The notes beneath the pieces were generated by a model. The model searched no databases. It worked only from the letters and a program-made list of their open reading frames with translations, and had not been told where the DNA came from. A stretch of DNA of 38,694 nucleotides from a virus (lineage: Duplodnaviria > Caudoviricetes), in IMG/VR virus record IMGVR_UViG_3300033434_000388, positions 1 through 38,694 of that record, one strand, 5' to 3'. Position numbers and translations under genes: made by a program. Numbering within the stretch: the stretch's first letter is position 1; each line of letters starts with the position of its first letter. Below, piece after piece: positions 1 through 7,876 of this stretch.

Positions 1-696
1 TTAGGCGCCGAACAGCTCGCGCATCGACAAAACGCGGTGCACGGAAACGACCGTGTCCTGCCGAAATTCGATGGTGCTTGCCGGATTGAGTTGGCGGACC
101 AACACTACGTCTTCAGTCGAGTGATCGAACTCTTTCAGCCAGCTCTGGATTACGTCGCCCGGATGGTTCCGAGTCTGAACCACGACGTCATCGCCGCTAC
201 GGGGCGGCCTGTCCGGTGAAACGAAAATGAGATCGCCAGACCTATGACGCGGGAACATGGACTCGCCGTGAACGTAGAGCGCATAGATATTACGTGCCTG
301 AGCCAACCCTGGCGGCCTCCGAACCACATCGATCTGCCCATCGATGACAAAACATCCAACCACCGACGCAGCCGCTACGCCGTACACAGGAATATCCAGC
401 GGCAGGTATGACAACTGATCCGCACTAACCGCCGCGCCGGGAACATCGGATGGCACCGCCTCATTGACGTCGGCAGGCCTAAGTCCTGCCGCCTGCATTT
501 CGGCCTGCAATTCCTGGACAGACCAGTCCAAGGCCTTGGCGAGCCGGGGCATATAGCTGGCGCGTATATCCCGCTTATTACCACCGACGATATCAGTGAT
601 GTAGTTTTTCCCCAACTTGCCGTGGTTCTCGGCTTGGGTTGGCCCGCGACCTATCACGGAGAGTCGTTTGCTGACGATGTCTGCTAGTGTGGTCAT
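1..696 (-). CDS. CI-like phage repressor with C-terminal S24 (LexA-type) peptidase domain
   Basis: N-terminal HTH-like region (LGKNYITDIVGG...LAKALDWSVQEL); C-terminal YALYVHGESMFP...GDLIFV...WLKEF with Ser/Lys dyad; divergent from cro-like gene. ATG at 696 preferred over TTG at 720. Confidence 0.9.
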   Translation of the reverse strand: MTTLADIVSKRLSVIGRGPTQAENHGKLGKNYITDIVGGNKRDIRASYMPRLAKALDWSVQELQAEMQAAGLRPADVNEAVPSDVPGAAVSADQLSYLPLDIPVYGVAAASVVGCFVIDGQIDVVRRPPGLAQARNIYALYVHGESMFPRHRSGDLIFVSPDRPPRSGDDVVVQTRNHPGDVIQSWLKEFDHSTEDVVLVRQLNPASTIEFRQDTVVSVHRVLSMRELFGA

Positions 697-782
697 GCCT
701 GATTTATCCGGTATTTCCAACCAGATTGCACGCCAGATATTACTGGTTGACTGGCATGATAAATCTGGTATCTGTTTCGATC
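697..782. promoter_or_regulatory. Divergent cI/cro promoter-operator region
   Basis: Short AT-richer gap; CCTGATTTATC (698-708) is an imperfect inverted copy of GATAAATCTGG (758-768); CCAGAT repeats and CCAG-N6-CTGG; TTGACT at 747. Confidence 0.65.
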
Positions 783-1049
783 ATGGAACGGACGCTCTCT
801 CATCATCTGACCGCCCTCTCTGCCGCCTACGCGTCGGCCATGGGCGTTTCGCTAGCAACGTTGTCGGAGCGTGCGGCGGGTGATTGGCGCTTCTTCCAAC
901 AGGTCGCGGCCGGAACACTCAATTTCCGCATCCGGTCCTATGACAGAGCGATAACTTGGTTCTCGGCCAACTGGCCGGAGGGGGGCGAGTGGCCTGCCGA
1001 TGTGCCGCGCCCAGCGATTTCGGTGGCGGAGGCTTCGGCCGATGAATAA
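783..1049 (+). CDS. Cro-like small DNA-binding protein
   Basis: 88 aa, divergent from repressor; SLATLSERAAGDWRFF HTH-like segment and WFSANWPEGGEWPADVPRP tail typical of alphaproteobacterial phage Cro-like proteins. Confidence 0.75.
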   Translation: MERTLSHHLTALSAAYASAMGVSLATLSERAAGDWRFFQQVAAGTLNFRIRSYDRAITWFSANWPEGGEWPADVPRPAISVAEASADE

Positions 1050-1329
1050 CGCGCCGCTCACCTTCGACCTGGTTGTCTGGGATGTGCTGTTCGAAACGCT
1101 CTACTTTCGGCAGGGAATTCCGCCATGGGTTGCGGCTGCGCGGGTGAACGCCATTCCGAAACCCGACTGGGTCGATCTTGCCAGGGAGCTTTACGAAGCG
1201 CCGGACGGTCAGCGATCGAGAATGGCTGCGCTAGCCAGCGCCGAACTATTTCTGTCGCGACGCTTCCCGGATCTTCTTGAGCCTTCGTCGGAAGAGTGGG
1301 GCGCGCCCTGCCCTCTGCCCAGTCATTGA
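1042..1329 (+). CDS. Hypothetical protein
   Basis: ATG overlaps the end of cro with GGAGG upstream; 95 aa. Confidence 0.5.
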   Translation: MNNAPLTFDLVVWDVLFETLYFRQGIPPWVAAARVNAIPKPDWVDLARELYEAPDGQRSRMAALASAELFLSRRFPDLLEPSSEEWGAPCPLPSH

Positions 1330-1546
1330 GCCGGGGAACGGTGCGCCATTCCGCCTCGAGGCGGACGTGAATGTTGGTGGGGGCTGAAAGCGCTGCAAGG
1401 CGATCGCCCTTCCACCCGTCGAGCAATATGCCGGCGCCGATAGCGGTGACGGCGTGATCAAGAACGGGATCGTCGAGCGGGGCGAGGATGTCCCAGCAGG
1501 CGTACCAGACAGCAAGGTCCACATCGATGTCCATTTCGGCTTCCAT
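1058..1546 (-). CDS. Hypothetical protein (antisense, partly overlapping 1042-1329)
   Basis: First ~80 aa look globular and fill an otherwise empty gap (1330-1546); the 3' part overlaps the + strand ORF. Confidence 0.35.
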   Translation of the reverse strand: MEAEMDIDVDLAVWYACWDILAPLDDPVLDHAVTAIGAGILLDGWKGDRLAALSAPTNIHVRLEAEWRTVPRLNDWAEGRARPTLPTKAQEDPGSVATEIVRRWLAQPFSIADRPALRKAPWQDRPSRVSEWRSPAQPQPMAEFPAESRAFRTAHPRQPGRR

Positions 1547-1643
1547 TCTTCGCCTGACTGGCCCGCCCTAGCGGCCGTCGTCTGAGCAGACCATCCGTCT
1601 GAACCACTGTTTTCCCAAGGAAAAAAATCGAGGGAGATTTTCC

Positions 1644-2156
1644 TTGAACGATACCGCTTTGCCCGATGGGCTTCTCACCATGATCAAGACGGCGACGCGC
1701 GCCCTAGTGGCGGCGGCGGCCGTGCCTGGCTCGACCGGGCCGGAGCGCGTCGAGCAACTGACGGGCTACTCACGCGGCCAGATCAGCAAGTGGTGCTCGG
1801 ACAGCTTCCCGGTGATCATGCCGCCAGAGGTCATGTTTCTTCTGGAGTTCACCGTCCAGAAGCCGATTTTTGCCGGCGTTCTGGCGGCGCTGACCGGCCG
1901 CGGGCTGGTTTCGCTCTCCGATGCCAACCCGGTAGACGCTCACACACTGATGAACGGCGTTGTCGACCTCACCGGTTCGCACTCGCGCTTCGTGACCTCG
2001 CTCACCGAAGACCTCGCCGACATGCAGATGACGCCCGGCGAAGCCAAGGCGTCGCTGAAGGCGGGCATGACCCATCAGGACCAGCTTAACCAGATGCTTC
2101 AGCGCCTCGCGGAAATCGCCGAGGGCGCCGATGGGCGGGCGGAGGCACGGCCATGA
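1644..2156 (+). CDS. CII-like phage regulatory protein
   Basis: IKTATRALV...VEQLTGYSRGQISKW HTH followed by helical C-terminus ending TPGEAK; position after cro; TTG start with GGGAG RBS. Confidence 0.7.
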   Translation: MNDTALPDGLLTMIKTATRALVAAAAVPGSTGPERVEQLTGYSRGQISKWCSDSFPVIMPPEVMFLLEFTVQKPIFAGVLAALTGRGLVSLSDANPVDAHTLMNGVVDLTGSHSRFVTSLTEDLADMQMTPGEAKASLKAGMTHQDQLNQMLQRLAEIAEGADGRAEARP

Positions 2157-2590
2157 GCGAGAACCTCCGCGTCGATCGCTACTTGGAAAACCAGGAGATG
2201 GATCACATCGACCACGCCTTGGGTCGGCCGCTCGATCCGCTGGGTGAGACCTATCGGAACTACTACGCGACCGGTTCGCAAAGGTTCGACGGTAATCCCC
2301 ACTGGACACTGGTCGAAGTCAGCAAGGGCGGCACACGCATTTATTCAGTAACCGACGAAGGTCGGCAGGCCCTTGCCGAATACCTGAAGGCGAGCGGCTC
2401 AAAGCATCGGGCTTTCCTGGTGACCGTCGAGATCGACGGCGTTGTCGACGAGCGGCCCGTCGTCGCAAAAGACGAGGCCGAAGCTTGCTATGGCCGCTAT
2501 CTCGATATCATCGATGCCCTCCCTGATCTGACCTTCGACGAGTTCTGCCGCTGCGCCACGTGGTCCGCACTGGAGCCGGCCCATGGCTGA
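2153..2590 (+). CDS. Hypothetical phage protein
   Basis: ATGA overlap with upstream gene, GGAGG RBS. Confidence 0.75.
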   Translation: MSENLRVDRYLENQEMDHIDHALGRPLDPLGETYRNYYATGSQRFDGNPHWTLVEVSKGGTRIYSVTDEGRQALAEYLKASGSKHRAFLVTVEIDGVVDERPVVAKDEAEACYGRYLDIIDALPDLTFDEFCRCATWSALEPAHG

Positions 2591-2807
2591 GCGGCGCATA
2601 TTCACCCGCGGGGCTCGCCGCTTCGAGGTGGTGGTGATCTCAGTCACCGCCAACCGCCGTCGGCGTGCGCGAGTGATCCGCCGGCTCGCCGCCGCTCGCA
2701 TGCTTCCATCCACCATCGCCCACAAGCTCGGCGTTTCGCTCGCCGATGTGCGGGCGGCTCTTTCGGCTCCTGATCCGTGGGGAGGGCTGTTCGATGCGCG
2801 GCGATGA
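2583..2807 (+). CDS. Small HTH protein
   Basis: LPSTIAHKLGVSLADVRAAL HTH-like; overlaps both neighbours. Confidence 0.6.
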   Translation: MAERRIFTRGARRFEVVVISVTANRRRRARVIRRLAAARMLPSTIAHKLGVSLADVRAALSAPDPWGGLFDARR

Positions 2808-3984
2808 TCCCGAGTTCGACGCCTGGGTTGACCGGGCGCGCGCTGGAAGCTTCCTGCAGGCCATTGAGCTCTGTGAGTTCATGCCTGCCAAAGGGCAAGC
2901 ACAACGCAACGATCGTGCCGGCCCCTGCCCGGCTTGCGGCGGCACCGACCGCTTCGCCGTACGTTTCAACGATCGTGTTTTCAACTGCCGTCATTGCGGC
3001 GCCAGAGGTCGCGACGCACTTTCTCTGGCGCTGGTTGGGGAAAAAATATCCTTCGTCGAGGCCTGCGAGGCATTGACCGGCGAGCCGAAGCCCTCGCACA
3101 CCCGTGACGAGACGCCTGAGGAAAGGGCCGCCCGGCACGAACGCCGCCGCAAGGCCGAAGCCGCCGCGCTGGTAGCTGCCGAAAAGCAGGCGCGGCAGAT
3201 TGAAGCCGACCGCCGCCGGTCGCTGGAAAGCGCCGATCGGCTGTGGGGGCGCGGCGGATCTCTGGTCAATTCTCCAATCGCGGACTATTTCGGCCATCGC
3301 GACATCCGGCCACTACCGCCGGGTATCGAGAACCTGCGCTTCGTGTCGGACCTCCCATACTATGTGGAGGTGGATGTCGAACGCGGCGGCGACATCGAAA
3401 CGGAGCTGCGCGTTATCCATCGCGGGCCGGGAATGCTGGGGCGTATCCAGGCGCCGGCCGGCCGCATTATCGGCGTCCATCGGACTTGGTTCGACCAGAT
3501 ATTCTCGGCGGATAACCCCAAGGGTCGGCCGCATCTGTTCCACCCGCAGACGGGCAAAGCGCTGAAGACCAAGAAGGTGCTTGGCGAGCAACACGGCGGC
3601 GCCATCCGCCTGGTGCGCGGCCTCGACTGGCGCGGCAATGTGCCGACAGGCTTCCCCGGCGACATGATACCGCCCACACGGATGTTTCTGGCCGAAGGCG
3701 TCGAAACGCTGTTGAGCGTTTACCTGGCGCTGTGGCGCGACCGCTCGCCGCTCCTCGATCGCGCAGCCTTCTGGTGCGGCATCAACCTCGGCAACCTGCA
3801 AAATATCCGGGCTCCAAAGCCGATCGCCGAGGTGATCCTGCTCGGCGATGGCGATAGCGACCCTGACGACACGACCAAAGCGCTCGGCCGGGCCGAGGCG
3901 AGCTTCACCGGACAGGGCTGCCGCGTGGCCCGGCTGATGGCCGATCGCGGCAAGGATTTCAACGACATGCTGAGGGCATCATGA
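2794..3984 (+). CDS. DNA primase (zinc-binding domain + Toprim), P4-alpha/plasmid-like
   Basis: GPCPACGGTDRF...FNCRHCG zinc finger; GVHRTW; LAEGVETLLS and LGDGD Toprim motifs; GKDFND C-terminus. Confidence 0.88.
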   Translation: MRGDDPEFDAWVDRARAGSFLQAIELCEFMPAKGQAQRNDRAGPCPACGGTDRFAVRFNDRVFNCRHCGARGRDALSLALVGEKISFVEACEALTGEPKPSHTRDETPEERAARHERRRKAEAAALVAAEKQARQIEADRRRSLESADRLWGRGGSLVNSPIADYFGHRDIRPLPPGIENLRFVSDLPYYVEVDVERGGDIETELRVIHRGPGMLGRIQAPAGRIIGVHRTWFDQIFSADNPKGRPHLFHPQTGKALKTKKVLGEQHGGAIRLVRGLDWRGNVPTGFPGDMIPPTRMFLAEGVETLLSVYLALWRDRSPLLDRAAFWCGINLGNLQNIRAPKPIAEVILLGDGDSDPDDTTKALGRAEASFTGQGCRVARLMADRGKDFNDMLRAS

Positions 3985-4478
3985 GCATCGAGGCCTACGT
4001 CACTTCCCTCGCCTCCGAAGGCGTTCCGCTGGGCTGTATCGCCCGGGCCCTCCGTCTCGATCGCGGCCGGCTGAAAATGATCATCGAGGATGCACTGGAA
4101 AGCGGGCTGATCGCTGAGGCACCGGCGCCAGACTGGCTGGGCACGCGCTTTGACGCCCGGCCCGGCGTCGGCGCGGTGATCGAGTCGCCACCCGTGACGC
4201 GCGCTAGCGTGCTGCTCGGCCGCTACGGGCTCGACGGCCGAATGGCGGCGCTGTTGCTCGCCTTGTTTGACCAGCCGTTCCTGCCGATCGACGAGGCTGT
4301 CGACACCTTCACGCGAACGGGCAGCGAAGGCGTGCTGCGCAAGATGCTGGCCGAGATCCGCCGCGCCGTCGCCAAAGATAGCCTCTCCATCCGTGCCAAA
4401 CATGGCGCTGGCTATTTCATGGCCACCGCCAGCCGCACCCGCCTCGCCGACGTATTCCGGAGGGCTGGCTGTGAGTGA
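3981..4478 (+). CDS. Hypothetical protein, possible winged-helix DNA-binding
   Basis: ATGA coupling; N-terminal HTH-like segment; C-terminal LAEIRRAV...IRAKHGAGYFM resembles an OmpR-type wing. Confidence 0.65.
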   Translation: MSIEAYVTSLASEGVPLGCIARALRLDRGRLKMIIEDALESGLIAEAPAPDWLGTRFDARPGVGAVIESPPVTRASVLLGRYGLDGRMAALLLALFDQPFLPIDEAVDTFTRTGSEGVLRKMLAEIRRAVAKDSLSIRAKHGAGYFMATASRTRLADVFRRAGCE

Positions 4479-4554
4479 CGCATATCTGGACTTCCTGCAC
4501 ACCAAGATGGTGTCGGCGCCAGTCGCCGGCATCGAACCGGGGAGAGCCGAATGA
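4471..4554 (+). pseudogene. 27-codon remnant resembling the N-terminus of phage helicase/methylase proteins
   Basis: MSDAYLDFLHTKMVSAPVAGIEPGRAE*; overlaps the upstream gene and ends in an ATGA overlap with the MTase second frame. Confidence 0.4.
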
Positions 4555-5771
4555 CATGGCTCTACATCCCCAACCTTCCATCAACATCATCTCCCTCTGC
4601 ACTGGAGGCTATGGCCTCGACTTCGGATTGGACTTGGCGATGCCAAGTGCTCGAAGCGTCTGTCTGGTGGAGAGGGAAGCCTTCGCGGTTTCGCGACTGG
4701 TATCGGCGATGCAGGAGGGTGCCATTCATGAGGCACCTATATGGAGCGATGCCCGAACCTTCGACGGCCGACCTTGGCGCGGCCTCGTGGATGGCGTTAT
4801 TGGCGGCATCCCGTGCCAGCCACATAGTCTCGCCGGCCGGCGGCGCGGTGCCGAAGATCCTCGCGACCTCTGGTCCACGGCTCGCCGCATCATCGTGCAA
4901 TCCCGCGCGTGGTGGTGTCTCATCGAGAACGTCCCGGGCATGCTCTCCGCGAAGGGCAAGATCGCCGGTGCCGAGCGCGTCCGCAGAGACTTACAAAGAC
5001 TGGGTTTTGCGGTTGAGGGAGGACTTTTCTCGGCGGCGGAAGTTGGCGCAAGCCACGAGAGAGAGCGAGTATTCATCCTCGGCGTGGCCGACGGCTTTGG
5101 TCGCGAATGCTGGCGAGAAGGTAACGTTGGCGAGCAAGCGGCCTGGGCTGATGCATGCGGTTGTGTCGATGTGGCCCACGGCGACAACGCGGGATCATCG
5201 ATCGCTTTGCGCCAGCCAAGAAACGATGGAGCGAAATGCGCGGCCACTGAGCGAGTTCGTGGGGATGTGGGCGACACCCCGGGCTGGCCACAGTGGACCG
5301 GATTATGCTCGCCGGGATACCGGGAAACCGAACAGCAATCTGGCGACGGACATAGCCCTCTGGTCGACACCTCGGGCGACAGACGGCGAGAAGGGGGGCC
5401 CGAACATGAGCTTCGGAGCAGGCGGCGAACCGCTGCCATCGATGGCGGCGAACTGGATGTCTCCGCGTGTCTCGTCGGGGCCCTGGATGCGACAAAAGAA
5501 CGGGACGAAGAAACTGACGATCGATGGTCAGGCCTGCCGCTTTACCCCCCCCAGCCCAGAGACGCGGACAGATGGCGAGACGTCGTCGCCCGAGCGCCGG
5601 AGCTTGAACCCGCAGTTCGTCGAGTGGCTGATGGGATGGCCTCCAGGGTGGACGCGCTTCGCATGCTCGGCAACGGAGTTGTTCCTTTGGAAGGCGCGCA
5701 TGCGTTCCGCACTCTCGTCACTCGACTCGCCGCGCGAGGCTCCACCGGCGCAGCTTTCCTTGGCAGTCTGA
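4551..5771 (+). CDS. Overprinted second polypeptide of the C5 methyltransferase (repeat region + motif IX, beta-like)
   Basis: 406 stop-free codons in another frame on the same strand; five W-x-[TS] repeats; RSLNPQFVEWLMGWPPGWT motif IX-like. Confidence 0.75.
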   Translation: MTWLYIPNLPSTSSPSALEAMASTSDWTWRCQVLEASVWWRGKPSRFRDWYRRCRRVPFMRHLYGAMPEPSTADLGAASWMALLAASRASHIVSPAGGAVPKILATSGPRLAASSCNPARGGVSSRTSRACSPRRARSPVPSASAETYKDWVLRLREDFSRRRKLAQATRESEYSSSAWPTALVANAGEKVTLASKRPGLMHAVVSMWPTATTRDHRSLCASQETMERNARPLSEFVGMWATPRAGHSGPDYARRDTGKPNSNLATDIALWSTPRATDGEKGGPNMSFGAGGEPLPSMAANWMSPRVSSGPWMRQKNGTKKLTIDGQACRFTPPSPETRTDGETSSPERRSLNPQFVEWLMGWPPGWTRFACSATELFLWKARMRSALSSLDSPREAPPAQLSLAV

Positions 5772-5788
5772 TAGATCATGGCCGATGA
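4556..5788 (+). CDS. C5-cytosine DNA methyltransferase, catalytic (alpha-like) polypeptide
   Basis: Motif I ISLCTGGYGLDFG, IV GGIPCQPHSLAG, VI IENVPG, VIII HERERVFILG, X LRMLGNGVVP; no motif IX in this frame. Confidence 0.92.
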   Translation: MALHPQPSINIISLCTGGYGLDFGLDLAMPSARSVCLVEREAFAVSRLVSAMQEGAIHEAPIWSDARTFDGRPWRGLVDGVIGGIPCQPHSLAGRRRGAEDPRDLWSTARRIIVQSRAWWCLIENVPGMLSAKGKIAGAERVRRDLQRLGFAVEGGLFSAAEVGASHERERVFILGVADGFGRECWREGNVGEQAAWADACGCVDVAHGDNAGSSIALRQPRNDGAKCAATERVRGDVGDTPGWPQWTGLCSPGYRETEQQSGDGHSPLVDTSGDRRREGGPEHELRSRRRTAAIDGGELDVSACLVGALDATKERDEETDDRWSGLPLYPPQPRDADRWRDVVARAPELEPAVRRVADGMASRVDALRMLGNGVVPLEGAHAFRTLVTRLAARGSTGAAFLGSLIDHGR

Positions 5789-7538
5789 CGACGCACCGCG
5801 CGAGCGGTTGGGCGAGGCGATCGCGGAGGCGGTTGCCGCCGCCTTCACGCCCGAGGCGGGCGATGATGCCTCGCCCCCTCCTTCACCCGAGGCCGGATCG
5901 TTGCCGGTTCCGGTTGAGGATAGCGGCGAGCCCGTTGTCGACTGGGACATGGTGAAGATCTGCTCGGCCGAGCCTGAGACGGACATCGGCAACGGCCGCC
6001 GCTTCCTGATCTGGAATGGCGACCGCGTCGTCTCCATCGAAGGGCTTGGTTGGGCCGTGCATGATGGCAAGCGCTGGGGCCTCGACTATTTCGAGAGCGC
6101 CGTGCGCCCGCTCGCCCACCACACGGTGGAGGCGATCCGCCACGAAGCACGCTTCATCGAGCCGACCAAGGAAGAGGCCGACGCCATGGCGCTGGCCGAG
6201 GAGCATCACCTTCGCTGGCGCGAGCTGGTGAAGAAAGGCAAGAGCCGCGACATGAAGGACGAAGTGGAGCTATTCGAGATGGGCAACACGATGACCGCCG
6301 GCGAACGGGCGGCCGATGCAGTCGACGATAGGAAGTCCAAGCGGGCGCGCTACGCCAAGACATCGGCCTCGTCGGGCAAGATGGACAACATGATGAATGA
6401 GGCGAAGTGCTATCGCAGCCGGCCTGTCAGCGTGCTCGACAGCGACCCTTATGCCATCAACTTCGCCAACGGCACGGTGCGTCTCTACCGGAAAGAGGAC
6501 AAAACATGGACCTGGCGGATCGACGAGCACAACCGCGCCGACCTCATCTCCAAATTGGCTCCGGTGGAGTTCCTGCCCGAAGCCGAATGCCCCGTTTTCC
6601 TGACCTTCATCGAAACCGTGCTGCCGGACGACGACGTGCGCGCCTTCATGAAGCGCTATCTCGGCTATTGCCTGACGGCGCTCACCCACGAGCAGGTGTT
6701 CACCTTCCTCTACGGCATGGGCCGCAACGGCAAATCGACGCTGGTCGACATCATCTGCCGAATTCTCGGCGACTATACCACCACCGTGCCCTTCGAGACG
6801 CTGGCCGGCGACGACCGGCGCAAGGGCTCGGAAGCGACGCCTGACCTTGTTCGGGTGCCAGGTGCCCGCATCGTCCGAGCCAGTGAGCCGGAAAGCGGCA
6901 TGAAGTTCCGCGAGAGCATGGTGAAAAGCCTCACCTCCGGCGAGCCGATCCTGATCCGCCGCATGCGCGAGGAATTCATCGAGATCTACCCGACCTTCAA
7001 GCTGATCGTCTCTGGCAACCACCGACCCGACATCCGTGGCGGCGACGACGGTATCTGGCGGCGCGTGCTGTTGGTGCCGTTCGAGGTGCAGATCCCGAAA
7101 GACCAGGTCGACCGCCAGTTGCCGGAGAAGCTATGGGCGGAACGCTCCGGCATCCTCAACTGGCTTTTACAGGGCGCCCTTTCCTACCTTGAGGAAGGGC
7201 TGAAGGTGCCAGATGCCGTGCGGTCAGCCACCGAGGACTATCGCGAGCAGTCCGATCCTTATGGCGCCTTCCTCAAGGGCGCATGCCTCGTCAGCGGCCA
7301 GGACGACGATATTGCGACGCCGGGTGAACTCTACGCCGCCTTCAAGCGCTTCTGCGAGCGGCAGGGCTTCTTCTGCGTATCGGTTTCCACCTTCAACAAG
7401 GCGATCCCCGAGAAGGCCGCCGCGTTCGGCTTTCGCAAGGCCAAGACCAACGGCTTGTCGGTTTATCGCGGCATCCGCGTGCTCGACGAATTCAAGTTCG
7501 ACCCCTCCTACACCCCGGCGCCGGACGGCTTCGGCTGA
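5778..7538 (+). CDS. P4-family/D5-like SF3 helicase (phage/plasmid primase C-terminal type)
   Basis: TDIGNGRRF, INFANGTV D5-N region; Walker A YGMGRNGKST; KSLTSGEPI; NHRPDIRGGDDGIWRR; C-terminal winged helix. Confidence 0.93.
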   Translation: MADDDAPRERLGEAIAEAVAAAFTPEAGDDASPPPSPEAGSLPVPVEDSGEPVVDWDMVKICSAEPETDIGNGRRFLIWNGDRVVSIEGLGWAVHDGKRWGLDYFESAVRPLAHHTVEAIRHEARFIEPTKEEADAMALAEEHHLRWRELVKKGKSRDMKDEVELFEMGNTMTAGERAADAVDDRKSKRARYAKTSASSGKMDNMMNEAKCYRSRPVSVLDSDPYAINFANGTVRLYRKEDKTWTWRIDEHNRADLISKLAPVEFLPEAECPVFLTFIETVLPDDDVRAFMKRYLGYCLTALTHEQVFTFLYGMGRNGKSTLVDIICRILGDYTTTVPFETLAGDDRRKGSEATPDLVRVPGARIVRASEPESGMKFRESMVKSLTSGEPILIRRMREEFIEIYPTFKLIVSGNHRPDIRGGDDGIWRRVLLVPFEVQIPKDQVDRQLPEKLWAERSGILNWLLQGALSYLEEGLKVPDAVRSATEDYREQSDPYGAFLKGACLVSGQDDDIATPGELYAAFKRFCERQGFFCVSVSTFNKAIPEKAAAFGFRKAKTNGLSVYRGIRVLDEFKFDPSYTPAPDGFG

Positions 7539-7548
7539 TTTCTCGAGG

Positions 7549-7853
7549 TTTCAGGGAGGCTAGGGAGGCAAAACCACCGTCTGGCGCGTCTGCCTCCCTG
7601 AGGAAGAACGAAGGATAGCGCAGCAAATCCAACGATCTAAAAAGTTTAGGGGAGGCTAGGGAGTGTAGGGAGGCAGTTTGGTTATATGCGTAGAAAATCA
7701 AAAGCCGATCAGGATTAGCGCTAAAAAAAACATAGAGATATCGGCGAACTGCCTCCCTAGGCTCCCTAGCCTCCCTATCGAAACGAATTCAAAGGCTTAG
7801 TCAGGGAGGCAGCACATTTTGCCCCTCCCCGTGCCTCCCTAGCCTCCCTGAAA
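7549..7853. repeat. Nested inverted GGGAGGC(TA) repeats, candidate replication origin
   Basis: Perfect 22-bp IR 7549-7570/7832-7853; 12-bp IR 7590-7601/7801-7812; 29-bp IR with 2 mismatches 7650-7678/7747-7775; AT-rich core. Confidence 0.8.
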
Positions 7854-7876
7854 ATCGATGGAAGGGTCTATCAGAA

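Noticed and set aside
7549-7853. CRISPR array or MITE
   Set aside because: Repeats are short, inverted and irregularly spaced, with no unique equal-length spacers, no cas genes and no evident target-site duplication
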